Both the position numbers and the translations under genes were made by a program. The notes beneath the pieces were generated by a model. That model was given only the letters and a program-made list of their open reading frames with translations, was not told the origin of the DNA and made no database searches. This document shows positions 8,352-17,854 of a DNA stretch of 37,914 nt, piece after piece. Numbering within the stretch: position 1 is the first letter of the stretch; each line of letters opens with the position of its first letter. Origin of the DNA: Acidobacteriaceae bacterium (lineage in GTDB: Bacteria; Acidobacteriota; Terriglobia; Terriglobales; Acidobacteriaceae); the NCBI GenBank assembly GCA_030039895.1, contig JASHUR010000332.1, positions 1-37,914 of the forward strand, written 5' to 3'.

Positions 8352-9689
8352 TCACTGTGACAGCACTGCCTCCGCGGACGCCGCGTCCGCCAACCGCATG
8401 TCTGCCAGTGAATACACAATCAGCACCAGATACGCCACCAGCGGCACGCTGTACGCCACCGCCATGCTCCCGAACCGGTCCGACAAATAGCCCATCGCAA
8501 GCGGCATCACCGCTCCTCCCACAATCGCCATCACAATCAGCGACCCGCCGATCTTCGTATTCTCCCCCAGCCCGCGTATCCCCTGCGCAAAAATCGTGGG
8601 ATACATCAATGACATAAACAAGCTCGTCAGCAGCAGCGCCCCAGCGCCCAGCCAGTTCGGAGCCAGCACACCCACTCCGGCCAACACCGCGTTCGCCACG
8701 CAGAACGCCAGCATCAGCCGGTTCGGCTGCACATACCGCATCAGCCATGCAGACAGGAACCGCCCCACTCCAAACGCCACTAGCGATCCGGTAAGCAGGT
8801 ACCCCGCTGCCTTCTCGGCCTCATGCGTATACATCATGATGTACGGAATCAGGTAGCTCCACGTGCCCACCTGTGCGCCGACATATAAGAACTGCGCTAC
8901 CACCGCGAACAAAAAGTGCGGATACCGCAGCAGCGCTCGAAAGCCTCCGCCTGTGACTGTTTCTTCCTCCGCCTGTATCTTTGGGAACTTTGTCACTGCG
9001 ATCAGTATCAGCATGGTCAGCGTCACCAGACTCACCGCCAGATATGGCTTCACCACGCGCAACGTCTCCGAATGCAAATAATTCCTGTAGTGATGCAGCG
9101 CCTTCTCCGCCGCCACCTGCGCCGGGGTCAGCTCGATCCCCGAGAAAATGAACTTCGTGCCGATCCATACGCCCACCACCGATCCCACAGGATTGAATGC
9201 CTGCGAAAAGTTCAGCCGCCGCGCCGCACTGCGTGGATCGCCCAGTTGCGCAATAAAAGGATTCGACGCCGTCTCCAGAAACGACAGCCCGCCGGCAATC
9301 ACAAACAGCGCGGCAAGAAAGAAGCCGTAGCGATCAACCACCGCCGCGGGCCAGAACAAAATCGCACCCACGCTGTACAAACCAAGCCCGATCAGAAACC
9401 CGGACTTGTATCCGAACTTCCGCATGATCAGCGCCGCCGGCATCGCCAGAAAGAAATAGCCCAGGTAGAACGCAAACTGCACCAGGCCGGCCCCAAGCCG
9501 CGTCATCACAAACGACTTCATAAACTGCCGGATCAGCACATCGTTCAGGTTGTTCGGAATCGCCCATAGAAAAAACAGCGTGGTCACCAGAACGAACGGG
9601 ACCCCATATCCGCGCGGAACCAGGGGAACGTCCTTGCTCTTGACTTCGCTTTGGGCTTCAACGTTACTGCGGGGCGGCATGGTTGGCAT
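8352..9689 (-). CDS. fucP: L-fucose:H+ symporter family MFS permease
   Basis: LFFLWA..NNLNDVLI, FLETASNP, RLNFSQAFN, YVGAQV and IVMAIVGGA motifs; multiple TM helices. Substrate not proven. Confidence 0.85.
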   Translation of the reverse strand: MPTMPPRSNVEAQSEVKSKDVPLVPRGYGVPFVLVTTLFFLWAIPNNLNDVLIRQFMKSFVMTRLGAGLVQFAFYLGYFFLAMPAALIMRKFGYKSGFLIGLGLYSVGAILFWPAAVVDRYGFFLAALFVIAGGLSFLETASNPFIAQLGDPRSAARRLNFSQAFNPVGSVVGVWIGTKFIFSGIELTPAQVAAEKALHHYRNYLHSETLRVVKPYLAVSLVTLTMLILIAVTKFPKIQAEEETVTGGGFRALLRYPHFLFAVVAQFLYVGAQVGTWSYLIPYIMMYTHEAEKAAGYLLTGSLVAFGVGRFLSAWLMRYVQPNRLMLAFCVANAVLAGVGVLAPNWLGAGALLLTSLFMSLMYPTIFAQGIRGLGENTKIGGSLIVMAIVGGAVMPLAMGYLSDRFGSMAVAYSVPLVAYLVLIVYSLADMRLADAASAEAVLSQ

Positions 9690-9695
9690 GGGTCC

Positions 9696-10565
9696 TCAGG
9701 TGCGCCCGCCAGCGTGGGCGTACTCGTTCAGCCCATACACGCGCACGGCGTTACCGCCCAGTATCTTCTCCTGCTCCGCTTCCGACAAATCCTTCACCAT
9801 CTCCCTCATCGTCTGCCACCAGCGCCCATAACTCACCGCTAAGGTGCACACCGGCCAGTCCGATCCGGCCAGCAATCGCTCCGCTCCAAAACACTCAAGT
9901 ATTACATCAAAATAGGGACGCAGATCATTCAATATCCATGTCTTCCACTCCGCCTCTGTCGTCATGCCGCTCAGCTTGCAATACACATTCGCCCGGCGCG
10001 CCAGCGCGCGCATCATCGTCCGCCACGGCTCCAGCTCATGCGCCGCAATCCGCGGCTTCGCCAGGTGGTCCAGCACAAACACTTGCTTCGGATGCCGGTC
10101 CACCAGCGCGATCGCCGCACTCAATTGCCGCTCGTACACCAGAATGTCGTACACCAGCCCATACGCCAGCCCGGAACCTTCCAGCACTTTCATGCCGTGC
10201 TCAAACGCATCGCTCAGCATGTACGCATCCGGCTCCGCCTGCAGTATATGTCGCAGACCCTTCAGCTTCGCTTCCCCTGCCAAAGCCTCCAATTCCCTGC
10301 CAAACTCCGCGCTCGCAATCGGAGCCCATCCGACCACCCCGGCAATGAACGCATTCTCATGCGCCAGCCGCAGCAGCCAACGAGTCTCCTCTACCGTCTG
10401 CCGCGCCTGCACGGCTATGCTCGCATCAACTCCCGCCGCCGCCATCTCCACCCGCAGGTCGGCCGGAGAAAAGTCGCGCCGCAGCGCCGTCATCTCCGGC
10501 CCAATCCACCCATACTCCTCAGCCGAGTAGTTCCACAGGTGATGATGAGCATCCACACACAGCAT
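9696..10565 (-). CDS. Amidohydrolase_2 family, L-fucono-lactonase-like
   Basis: DAHHHLW, GVVGW, GLRH, LDHLAKP, CKLSG and GSDWPV motifs; adjacent to fucP. GGAG precedes ATG 10565. Confidence 0.85.
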   Translation of the reverse strand: MLCVDAHHHLWNYSAEEYGWIGPEMTALRRDFSPADLRVEMAAAGVDASIAVQARQTVEETRWLLRLAHENAFIAGVVGWAPIASAEFGRELEALAGEAKLKGLRHILQAEPDAYMLSDAFEHGMKVLEGSGLAYGLVYDILVYERQLSAAIALVDRHPKQVFVLDHLAKPRIAAHELEPWRTMMRALARRANVYCKLSGMTTEAEWKTWILNDLRPYFDVILECFGAERLLAGSDWPVCTLAVSYGRWWQTMREMVKDLSEAEQEKILGGNAVRVYGLNEYAHAGGRT

Positions 10566-10635
10566 TCCGAATCTCCGCACTGTCAACGTCAGCCATGCGC
10601 AGGTACTCGGCGTACCTGCTCAGGGTATCCACTCG

Positions 10636-12582
10636 TCATGGGTTGTACTTATGCAGCCAGTTCGCGATCTCCTGCATCACGTTCAGTCGCTGCTCCCACT
10701 CGCTCGGGAAATGCCCCGACCCGGGATACGTCACCATCCGCACCGTCTTGCCGCGCGCCTTCAGAATCTGGAAATACTCCAGCCCCTGATACGTCGGAAC
10801 GCGCACGTCAGCTTCGCCCTGCAGAATCAGCAGCGGCGTCGTCACCTTGTACGCATAATTCATCGCCGAGAACCGTTCGAACGCCTCGGGGTCCTTGTCC
10901 GTCCAGCGCGCGTCGTAATCGATCTGCTCCACGTCGCTCGTCCAGATGAACGAGCTCCAGTCCGTAATACCCGCGCCTTCAATCGCTGCCTTATAACGGT
11001 TCGTCTGCGTCACCGCCCATGACGTCATAAAGCCGCCCCCGCTCCAGCCAAACATCGCCAGCCGGTTCGGATCGGCCCATCCCTGCGCAATTGCATAGTC
11101 GGTCGCGCTTTCTACGTCGTCGTAGGCGCGGTCGCCAAAATGCTGGTAGATCGCCTCCAGAAAATCCGCGCCATACCCAATCGACCCTCGATACTCCGGC
11201 TGCAGCACCACATACCCCAGCCCCGCCACAAACCGCGAAAACGGATCCAGATCCAGCGGATCATTCGCCTCCGGCCCGCCATGCGGCAGCACCACAAACG
11301 GATACTTCTTCCCCGCTACATATCCCGCCGGAAACGTCGCAACGCCCTGGAGCTTGATTCCCTCCTTGCTCGTCCAGTTCACCACCCGCACAGTCCCCAG
11401 GTCGATCTTCGCCAGCTCATCATCACCCTCGTGCGTAATCCGCTTCAGTCCGTCGCCATCCGGAACCATCACGTTGCCGGTATGTGTCGGATCACCCGCC
11501 GTCATCGCTACCTGATCGCCCTCGCCCGTGTACTGTGGTGTCACCGGCACGCCGTAAATCGTCCCCGCCGGCCAGCGATACGCCCGCTTCAGCGCGCCGT
11601 CTTCAAACCGGTCCACCTCGGCCTGCACGCCGTGATACACCAGCACCCACACGCGTCCCTGCACATCACCCGCAATCTGCACCGCCGTCCCATCCAGCGC
11701 CGGAGTCTGGTCAACCGCCGCACCGCCAGCCGCCGGCATCGTCCAAACATGCTCCGGCGTGAGCACATTTGACTTCGTTGACAGCACCGCAATTTCCTTG
11801 CCGTCATCCATCCACGTAATGCCGTTCACCGCATTCGGAATGTCCGCCACATGCCGCGACCCCGATGCGCTGCATACATCAATCGACGCGGCGACATAGT
11901 GGTAGCCCGTGCGCGGCGTCTGCGACAGCACTGCCAGCTCATCGCTGTTCGCATTCCACGCCGCAGCGTTTGAGCCGCCTCCCACCGTCAGCATGCCGGT
12001 CACATGCTTCAGATTGCCGCACCACCATGCGCCATCCGTTCCATTCGCATTCACCACATACAGGCCTGTCTGTTTTGCCTCATGCACGTGCCTGAACGCA
12101 TCCATTTGATCCGGCGGACGCGGATCGGCCGTCAGCACAAACCGCTTCCCATCCGGAGAAGGCATCGCACCTTCGACCCCGCGCGGCAGCACCACTACCG
12201 TCGACGGAGCCGCCGCAGCTTTCCCATCGGTCACTGCGAAAATCGCAAATTGCTGCTGGTCATTCACCTTCCATGCGCCATACAGGCTCTTGCCATCGCG
12301 CGTGAACCCCATCGGCTCAAACCCCTTCGGCAGCTCCAGCTTCTTCGCATGGCTCCCGTCGGCATTCATGGTCCACCACTCATGCTGCGTCGGACCCTTC
12401 TCCGCCCCGTAGCCCACCACATACAAAATCGTCCCGTCACCGGCTACCGCAAACGCATATGCACCGTGCAGCTTCGCCCAGTCCTGCGCCGTAAACGGGG
12501 CCTTCGCCTGCGCCGCCGTAATGCCCGCCGCACCAGCCACAGCAATTCCCAAAACACCAGCCAGAATCCGCTTGAACCGCAT
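10636..12582 (-). CDS. Secreted S9 family (prolyl oligopeptidase/acylaminoacyl) peptidase
   Basis: Signal peptide, beta-propeller-like N-terminus, HGGP, YRGS.GYG, nucleophile GWSGG, D.RVP and GSGH. Confidence 0.92.
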   Translation of the reverse strand: MRFKRILAGVLGIAVAGAAGITAAQAKAPFTAQDWAKLHGAYAFAVAGDGTILYVVGYGAEKGPTQHEWWTMNADGSHAKKLELPKGFEPMGFTRDGKSLYGAWKVNDQQQFAIFAVTDGKAAAAPSTVVVLPRGVEGAMPSPDGKRFVLTADPRPPDQMDAFRHVHEAKQTGLYVVNANGTDGAWWCGNLKHVTGMLTVGGGSNAAAWNANSDELAVLSQTPRTGYHYVAASIDVCSASGSRHVADIPNAVNGITWMDDGKEIAVLSTKSNVLTPEHVWTMPAAGGAAVDQTPALDGTAVQIAGDVQGRVWVLVYHGVQAEVDRFEDGALKRAYRWPAGTIYGVPVTPQYTGEGDQVAMTAGDPTHTGNVMVPDGDGLKRITHEGDDELAKIDLGTVRVVNWTSKEGIKLQGVATFPAGYVAGKKYPFVVLPHGGPEANDPLDLDPFSRFVAGLGYVVLQPEYRGSIGYGADFLEAIYQHFGDRAYDDVESATDYAIAQGWADPNRLAMFGWSGGGFMTSWAVTQTNRYKAAIEGAGITDWSSFIWTSDVEQIDYDARWTDKDPEAFERFSAMNYAYKVTTPLLILQGEADVRVPTYQGLEYFQILKARGKTVRMVTYPGSGHFPSEWEQRLNVMQEIANWLHKYNP

Positions 12583-12653
12583 ATCTAAGCCTCCGCGTCA
12601 CTCAAATCTCAGTGGACCTTACCGCCGCCCCCCTGTCCCTACGAATTGTAGCC

Positions 12654-12686
12654 AAAAATACCAAATGCCCTGAAGGATCAGGGCAT
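12654..12686 (-). terminator. Probable intrinsic terminator of rpiA
   Basis: ATGCCCTGA-TCCT-TCAGGGCAT 9-bp stem followed on the minus strand by TTGGTATTTTT. Confidence 0.7.
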
Positions 12687-12732
12687 CTTCAGAACCGGGC
12701 CGGACATTTCCGTCGCGGCACTCCGTCCTTAT

Positions 12733-13434
12733 TTATGTTGTGCGCTCCACGACCTCATGCTCCATTGCAATCAGCGCCATGCTCGCCATGTCCAGAAACA
12801 GCCCATGCTCCACAACTCCGACCATCGAATCCAGCTCTCTTGCCATTGCGTACGGATCCTCGATCAGCATGCCCGAACAGTCCAGAATGAAGTTCCCCTG
12901 GTCGGTAATGTACTTCGATCCGTCCTGATTCACACGCACCGCCGGAGTGAACCCAAGCTCTCGCAGCGCGCCGTCCACTAAAGGAGCGGCCATGGGAATC
13001 ACCTCAACCGGCAGCGGAAATCGTCCCAGCTTCTGCACCTGCTTCGATTCGTCCGCGACAACCACAAATCGCTTCGATGCGCTGGCCACAATCTTTTCGC
13101 GCAGCAGCTTGCCGCCGCCGCCCTTGATTAACATCAGCTTCGGCGCGACCTCGTCCGCGCCGTCAATCGTCAGGTCAAGGCTCCGGCACTCTTCAAAATT
13201 GATGAAAGGAATCCCATAGCTTTTCCCCAGCCGTTCGCTGTCCTCCGAGCTCGCAATGGCGCGAATCCTCAACCCATGGTCGCGCACTTGTTCGCCCAAA
13301 AGCCGAATCCAGATCGTTGCCGTCGACCCGGAGCCTAACCCCAGCGTCATTCCCGGCTCGACCAGTTCCATCGCCCGTTGCGCGGCGTGCAGCTTCAAAT
13401 CCAGATGGCTTCCGCGAGTTGCAAATTCAGACAT
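12733..13434 (-). CDS. rpiA: Ribose-5-phosphate isomerase A
   Basis: GLGSGSTA, DGADEV, IKGGGG.L.REKI, LPVEV, TDQGN and GVVEHGLF motifs. Confidence 0.97.
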   Translation of the reverse strand: MSEFATRGSHLDLKLHAAQRAMELVEPGMTLGLGSGSTATIWIRLLGEQVRDHGLRIRAIASSEDSERLGKSYGIPFINFEECRSLDLTIDGADEVAPKLMLIKGGGGKLLREKIVASASKRFVVVADESKQVQKLGRFPLPVEVIPMAAPLVDGALRELGFTPAVRVNQDGSKYITDQGNFILDCSGMLIEDPYAMARELDSMVGVVEHGLFLDMASMALIAMEHEVVERTT

Positions 13435-13650
13435 CGATCCAGCCCTCTCACCAAGCGGAAATTAACACCCACCAGTGTATCCGCAATCAGGCTTGGCTTT
13501 TCTGACCCAGGCGCGGAAAACCCCGTGATCGTGAGTCGCGGTTGCGAGGACAGGCGCTCAAAAGGATCCGCAGAGCCACAGCGGCGCGATGACGACTTTT
13601 ATGCCGCTGGTGGAATTCCTATCGCGGTCTTCTCTCGCGCGATACGGAGT

Positions 13651-14400
13651 TTAGGAGACCGCAGCGCAGCGTGGTTCGGAGGGACGGGCAGCGGTGACTT
13701 CCTTGCGGGCGGGAGCCGCGGCAAGGGGAAGGAGCTTGGAGTGGTTGATGGCATAGAGCGCGAGTTCAACCCGGGTGGAGACGCCCAGCTTATCGAAGAT
13801 GCGAAACAGGTTGTTTCGAACCGTGTGCTCGCTGAGTTTTAACTCGTTGGCAATTTGCCGGTTGGTCAAACCGTCTGCTACCAGCTGAACGATCTCTTCC
13901 TCGCGCTTGGTCAACAGCTGCGCCCCGTCAGCATTCACAACTTTGACCGGCGCATGCCGCGAAAACGCCTCCATCACCTCTTGAAGCTGAGCGCTGCTGG
14001 CCCATATCTGGCCGGCGCTGACTTGCCGCACGCATCGGCAAAGACTCTTCAGTCCATGCGTTGAAGGAGAAAAGACCCCCTTGGCTCCGGCGCCGAAGGC
14101 GGCGGTGGCCAGATGACCCTCATTGCTCTCCAGGAGCACAACCGACTTGACCTTAGGACAAGCCGTCTGGATCTGCTTGAGTGCCATGATTCCACTCAGC
14201 GGGCCGTCCGCCAGCGTTGTGCTGATCAACGCCAGCTGAATCCCGTTGGAACGCACCGCCTCTACGGCCTCGCCGACGGACCACGCTCGAGCTACCACGC
14301 GAAAACCGGAGTAGCGGTTGAAAGCCTGCGTATACAGCTCGCTTGCCATCGTCCCGTGGCAGGCTAAGAGAATAGAGATATCTTCTTGGTTCAGGCTCAT
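13651..14400 (-). CDS. NarL/LuxR-family transcription factor with atypical receiver domain
   Basis: C-terminal LTKREEEI...GLTNRQIA..L.LSEHTVRN...IFDKLGV HTH. REC-like N-terminus lacks the canonical acidic residues. GGAGG precedes ATG 14400. Confidence 0.9.
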   Translation of the reverse strand: MSLNQEDISILLACHGTMASELYTQAFNRYSGFRVVARAWSVGEAVEAVRSNGIQLALISTTLADGPLSGIMALKQIQTACPKVKSVVLLESNEGHLATAAFGAGAKGVFSPSTHGLKSLCRCVRQVSAGQIWASSAQLQEVMEAFSRHAPVKVVNADGAQLLTKREEEIVQLVADGLTNRQIANELKLSEHTVRNNLFRIFDKLGVSTRVELALYAINHSKLLPLAAAPARKEVTAARPSEPRCAAVS

Positions 14401-15148
14401 AATGCCGAACCTCCGCACGAATCTACGAAAACTGAACTACGGGGGATACGCGGGCCCTGGGGGCGGGAGAAGTCTCAACGTAATTACTCAACCGTCGTTC
14501 TGCCCGTTTTCGGCAACCACAGGATTTATCTGATTTCGGCACATAGGCGCGTTTCAGGCAGCCTATTCAACGTTACCTTCGCTATACTCTCGTACCTCTC
14601 GCACGGTAACTTTGGGGAGACCTTCAGCGGGGTCGATCAACTAATGTCACCGATGGCGTTAAAGATGGCTATACGCTAGCATTGGTCTCTAGTTTTGGCA
14701 ACTTATATTTTTGCGCAGTGACAACACCACGCATCAGTAACCAGAGACACTTCGGGGGAGAGGGCCTTTTCGCATGACAAGCAGAGGCCGCTCTCCCCCG
14801 TAAATACTGTGAATTGTGATACTTCTACCTCGCCTCGGGATTGAGGTGAGGCGAGTTTCTCAGCAGAAGTAAAGCTGCATTCTCATGCACACAGTCTGCA
14901 ATTTCGCAGCAATGAAACTGTAACTTTAGTGCAACAAAGAGGCTGATCATCACGCCGGTCGTAGCCGCTCGCACCGGAGAGCGGCAAGCATCGCGCGCCT
15001 TTGGCTTCTCCCCGGCCCACCCCCAGGCGAAATCTTCAGTTAGCGCCCTTCATATATCAGCCCACTTCCGTCCGACTGCTATTTTCAGCTGTGTCACACC
15101 AATGCCATGAGATTATGAATGGACCCAGATACGCCCAGAGATAGAGAC

Positions 15149-16615
15149 ATGAACATTCGCATTGGTCGTGTAACTTATTTGATGCTTCTTGCGACCTCGG
15201 GCGTCCTTTGGCTCGATTCCAGCAGTGTCTCGTCGGTAGAAGCAATCACGCCCCAAACCATCTATCTCTCTCCAGGCGGCAACATCCAGTCGGCAGTCGA
15301 TGCCGCACCATCCGGGACTACCTTCGTGCTGCGCTCAGGTATCTATCGCATGCAAAGTGTGACGCCCAAGCACAACGATACTTTTGTTGGCCAGGGCCCG
15401 GGTGTGGTACTCAATGGATCGACGATACTGACATTTCGGCCAGCGTCGACCGCTAATAGGCTGTGGGTGGCTCGCGCGATCGCTACGCCCTCAAGTGCCG
15501 AATCTAATCGCTACTACCAAACGGGGTGCGAGCAGAATCATCCTTTGTGCGCGTTTACGCAGGACTTGTTCATTGACGGCCAACTGCAGACTCCAGCCAA
15601 TGGACTGGCAGGCCTGCGGCCCGGACAGTGGTTTTTCGACCGCTCCCATAGCTTGGCCTATCTACCTGCTGACCCTCAAGGCCATGTAGTCGAACTGGGA
15701 ATGACGCCCTATGCATTTTCCGGGCCTGCAGGCGGAGTAACCATCCGAAATTTGACCGTGGAAAAATATGCGTCGTGGCCACAAAGAGGGGCGATCGGCG
15801 GAGATACTGCCTCTCTGGGTGCTTTCTGGAAGGTCGATCGCGTGGAAGTCCGATGGAATCATGGCACTGGCGTCGGTCTGGGATCAAGTTCTCAGATCCT
15901 CAATTCTTTCATCCACCACAACGGACAACTGGGAGCAGCGGTGCACGGTAAGAGTTCGATGGTTGCAGGGAATGAGATCTCTTGGAATAACTACATAGAC
16001 TTTAAATGGGACGCAGAGGCCGGAGGGGCAAAATTTTGTGAAACGTCGGATTTGGTCGTACGATCCAACTACGTCCATGACAACAACGGGACCGGGCTAT
16101 GGACCGACATTGGCGCGGTTGGTACGCTGTACGAGAAAAATACTGTCGTCCGTAATAAAAGAAACGGAATCCAGCATGAGATCAGCTACGGCGGTGTCAT
16201 ACGCTACAACGTCGTAAAGGATAATGGCTCAATCCCCACAAGTTCGTTGTGGTACTCACAGATTCTGCTGCAAGCCTCAAGCGGCGTGCAAGTCTATGAC
16301 AACACCATTGAGGTAGCCGCTGGCTACGGAAACGGCATTGGCATTATGAACGAGAGCCGCGGCCAGGGAAAATACGGACCCTATGTGGCTGCGAATAACT
16401 CTATCCACAGCAATACAATTACTTATCTCGGATCGTCAGGATACTCTGGGCTGGATGATAGCGCCAAAAACAACTCAGCAGTTGGGAATGTATTCGACTC
16501 AAATCGATACATCACGGCGCAATCTGGGGCATACCACTGGATGTGGTCGCGGCCCATCACGTGGAAGCAATTTCAGACTGCAGGGCAGGAAAAGCATGGG
16601 AGTTGCTGCAAATGA
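15149..16615 (+). CDS. Secreted right-handed parallel beta-helix protein (pectate-lyase-like fold)
   Basis: N-terminal hydrophobic segment, IQSAVDAA...LRSG.Y and repeated N..HHNGQLG / N.VHDNNG.GLW coils. Start uncertain (15119 or 15149). Confidence 0.8.
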   Translation: MNIRIGRVTYLMLLATSGVLWLDSSSVSSVEAITPQTIYLSPGGNIQSAVDAAPSGTTFVLRSGIYRMQSVTPKHNDTFVGQGPGVVLNGSTILTFRPASTANRLWVARAIATPSSAESNRYYQTGCEQNHPLCAFTQDLFIDGQLQTPANGLAGLRPGQWFFDRSHSLAYLPADPQGHVVELGMTPYAFSGPAGGVTIRNLTVEKYASWPQRGAIGGDTASLGAFWKVDRVEVRWNHGTGVGLGSSSQILNSFIHHNGQLGAAVHGKSSMVAGNEISWNNYIDFKWDAEAGGAKFCETSDLVVRSNYVHDNNGTGLWTDIGAVGTLYEKNTVVRNKRNGIQHEISYGGVIRYNVVKDNGSIPTSSLWYSQILLQASSGVQVYDNTIEVAAGYGNGIGIMNESRGQGKYGPYVAANNSIHSNTITYLGSSGYSGLDDSAKNNSAVGNVFDSNRYITAQSGAYHWMWSRPITWKQFQTAGQEKHGSCCK

Positions 16616-16741
16616 TCGGCCTGCTCTCTCCTCAAAAGGATCCACGCCCTTGCGAAAGAATCAAATTAGACAAAAAGTAGTCTACCAAGAAGCAGTGTGT
16701 GCTAAATAAGCTATGCGAAACTCTCCACTTCTGAGAGGTAG

Positions 16742-17818
16742 TTAGTTATTTTTCTGCAAACGCTCCATGCGAATCTTTCTATACAACGTAACCATCCATA
16801 CGCTTTTCTTGATACATCGTATGATCTCGGATTTCAAACACTGTTTATAGAAAGAACACAGAAGTGGAAAGATAACCCATCTGGAAACGCCGGGACGGAG
16901 AATGGCGTAGCTCGCTAAGTCGTCTCGTACAGCACCAAATTGACGTTTGTACGGACTGTCTCCCCACAGAAAATGAAATCTTCGCGCACCCGTTGAAATT
17001 AAATACTTGATTGCCCCATGTAGGCCGATGATCCCAGGGCTGTACTTACCGTATTTCTGGTCGTAAGACATCGTCCAACCGTACGCATCGTCCGACGCCG
17101 TAATAATCACTAAACCCGCAACAACCTCTTCACCGTTATTCAGCAGAATGAGCAGTCCATTTTCGATTGCTACCTGCCGCATCTGAGCTTCAAGCAGATC
17201 ATCTATACCAGAGGAGCGCCCCTTATACCGCATTCGCTCCCTGTTTAACTCGATTACAGTGTGAAACGCGTGTGCGGAAATCTCAGCTCCGCGCTGGATC
17301 GAAATACCGCCCTGCGGAAAGTCTTCTTTGAATCGCCGTTCATGGGACCGAATTTTCTTTCTCTGTTCCCTTTTAAGGCTTAAGTCAAAGTCAGAAATAC
17401 TGTTTGGCAAAGCTCGAACCAGATCATCGCTTTTACCAACGATGACGACTCTCGGATCAGATTCGATCTGCGGATCCCGCACAAGGGGTTCGGAGCGGAC
17501 ATAGTGGACATTTGAGTACTGCTCGAAGATTTGATTTGCAACAAGCGAGAACTCCCGGGCGGATGCAGTAAGCGCTCCAATGACGAATGCCGACTGATTC
17601 GCGATCCGGAATACCAATGACCGACGCGTTACGCCGTCAGAGACAAGTTGAGCAATTTGTGCTCCGTCAAGCAATTGGTTCGCCTTTAAGTAGGAGTGGC
17701 GAGAGAAAATGCTGCTCTGGAGGCGATCGTGTTCCTGCCAGGCTTCAGGCGATCCGGCAGGATCAAAAAGTACGATGCAATCTTGCACTGGGAGCTCAGC
17801 TGAAAGAATCGATGCCAT
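16742..17818 (-). CDS. GNAT family acyltransferase (Acetyltransf_6/CelD-BcsL-like)
   Basis: RKKIR..ERR, YD.KY.KYSPG and FHFLWGD.PYKRQFG motifs; last gene of the EPS run. Confidence 0.8.
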   Translation of the reverse strand: MASILSAELPVQDCIVLFDPAGSPEAWQEHDRLQSSIFSRHSYLKANQLLDGAQIAQLVSDGVTRRSLVFRIANQSAFVIGALTASAREFSLVANQIFEQYSNVHYVRSEPLVRDPQIESDPRVVIVGKSDDLVRALPNSISDFDLSLKREQRKKIRSHERRFKEDFPQGGISIQRGAEISAHAFHTVIELNRERMRYKGRSSGIDDLLEAQMRQVAIENGLLILLNNGEEVVAGLVIITASDDAYGWTMSYDQKYGKYSPGIIGLHGAIKYLISTGARRFHFLWGDSPYKRQFGAVRDDLASYAILRPGVSRWVIFPLLCSFYKQCLKSEIIRCIKKSVWMVTLYRKIRMERLQKNN

Positions 17819-17854
17819 ATTCTCAGGCTCTTAAAGATATCGAAAGGCGGCGGA

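Noticed and set aside
10599-10619. Hairpin GCAGGTAC-TCGGC-GTACCTGC after the S9 peptidase
   Set aside because: It has no U tract and I saw only one copy, so it cannot be called a terminator or REP element.
531-12588. Long antisense ORFs (e.g. 531..1505, 1424..2476, 5978..6922, 10038..10949)
   Set aside because: Shadow frames of GC-rich genes whose opposite strands carry clear family motifs.
14696-14714. Sigma-54-like TGGCA...TTGC
   Set aside because: The GG-to-GC spacing is 4 bp too long for a -24/-12 promoter.
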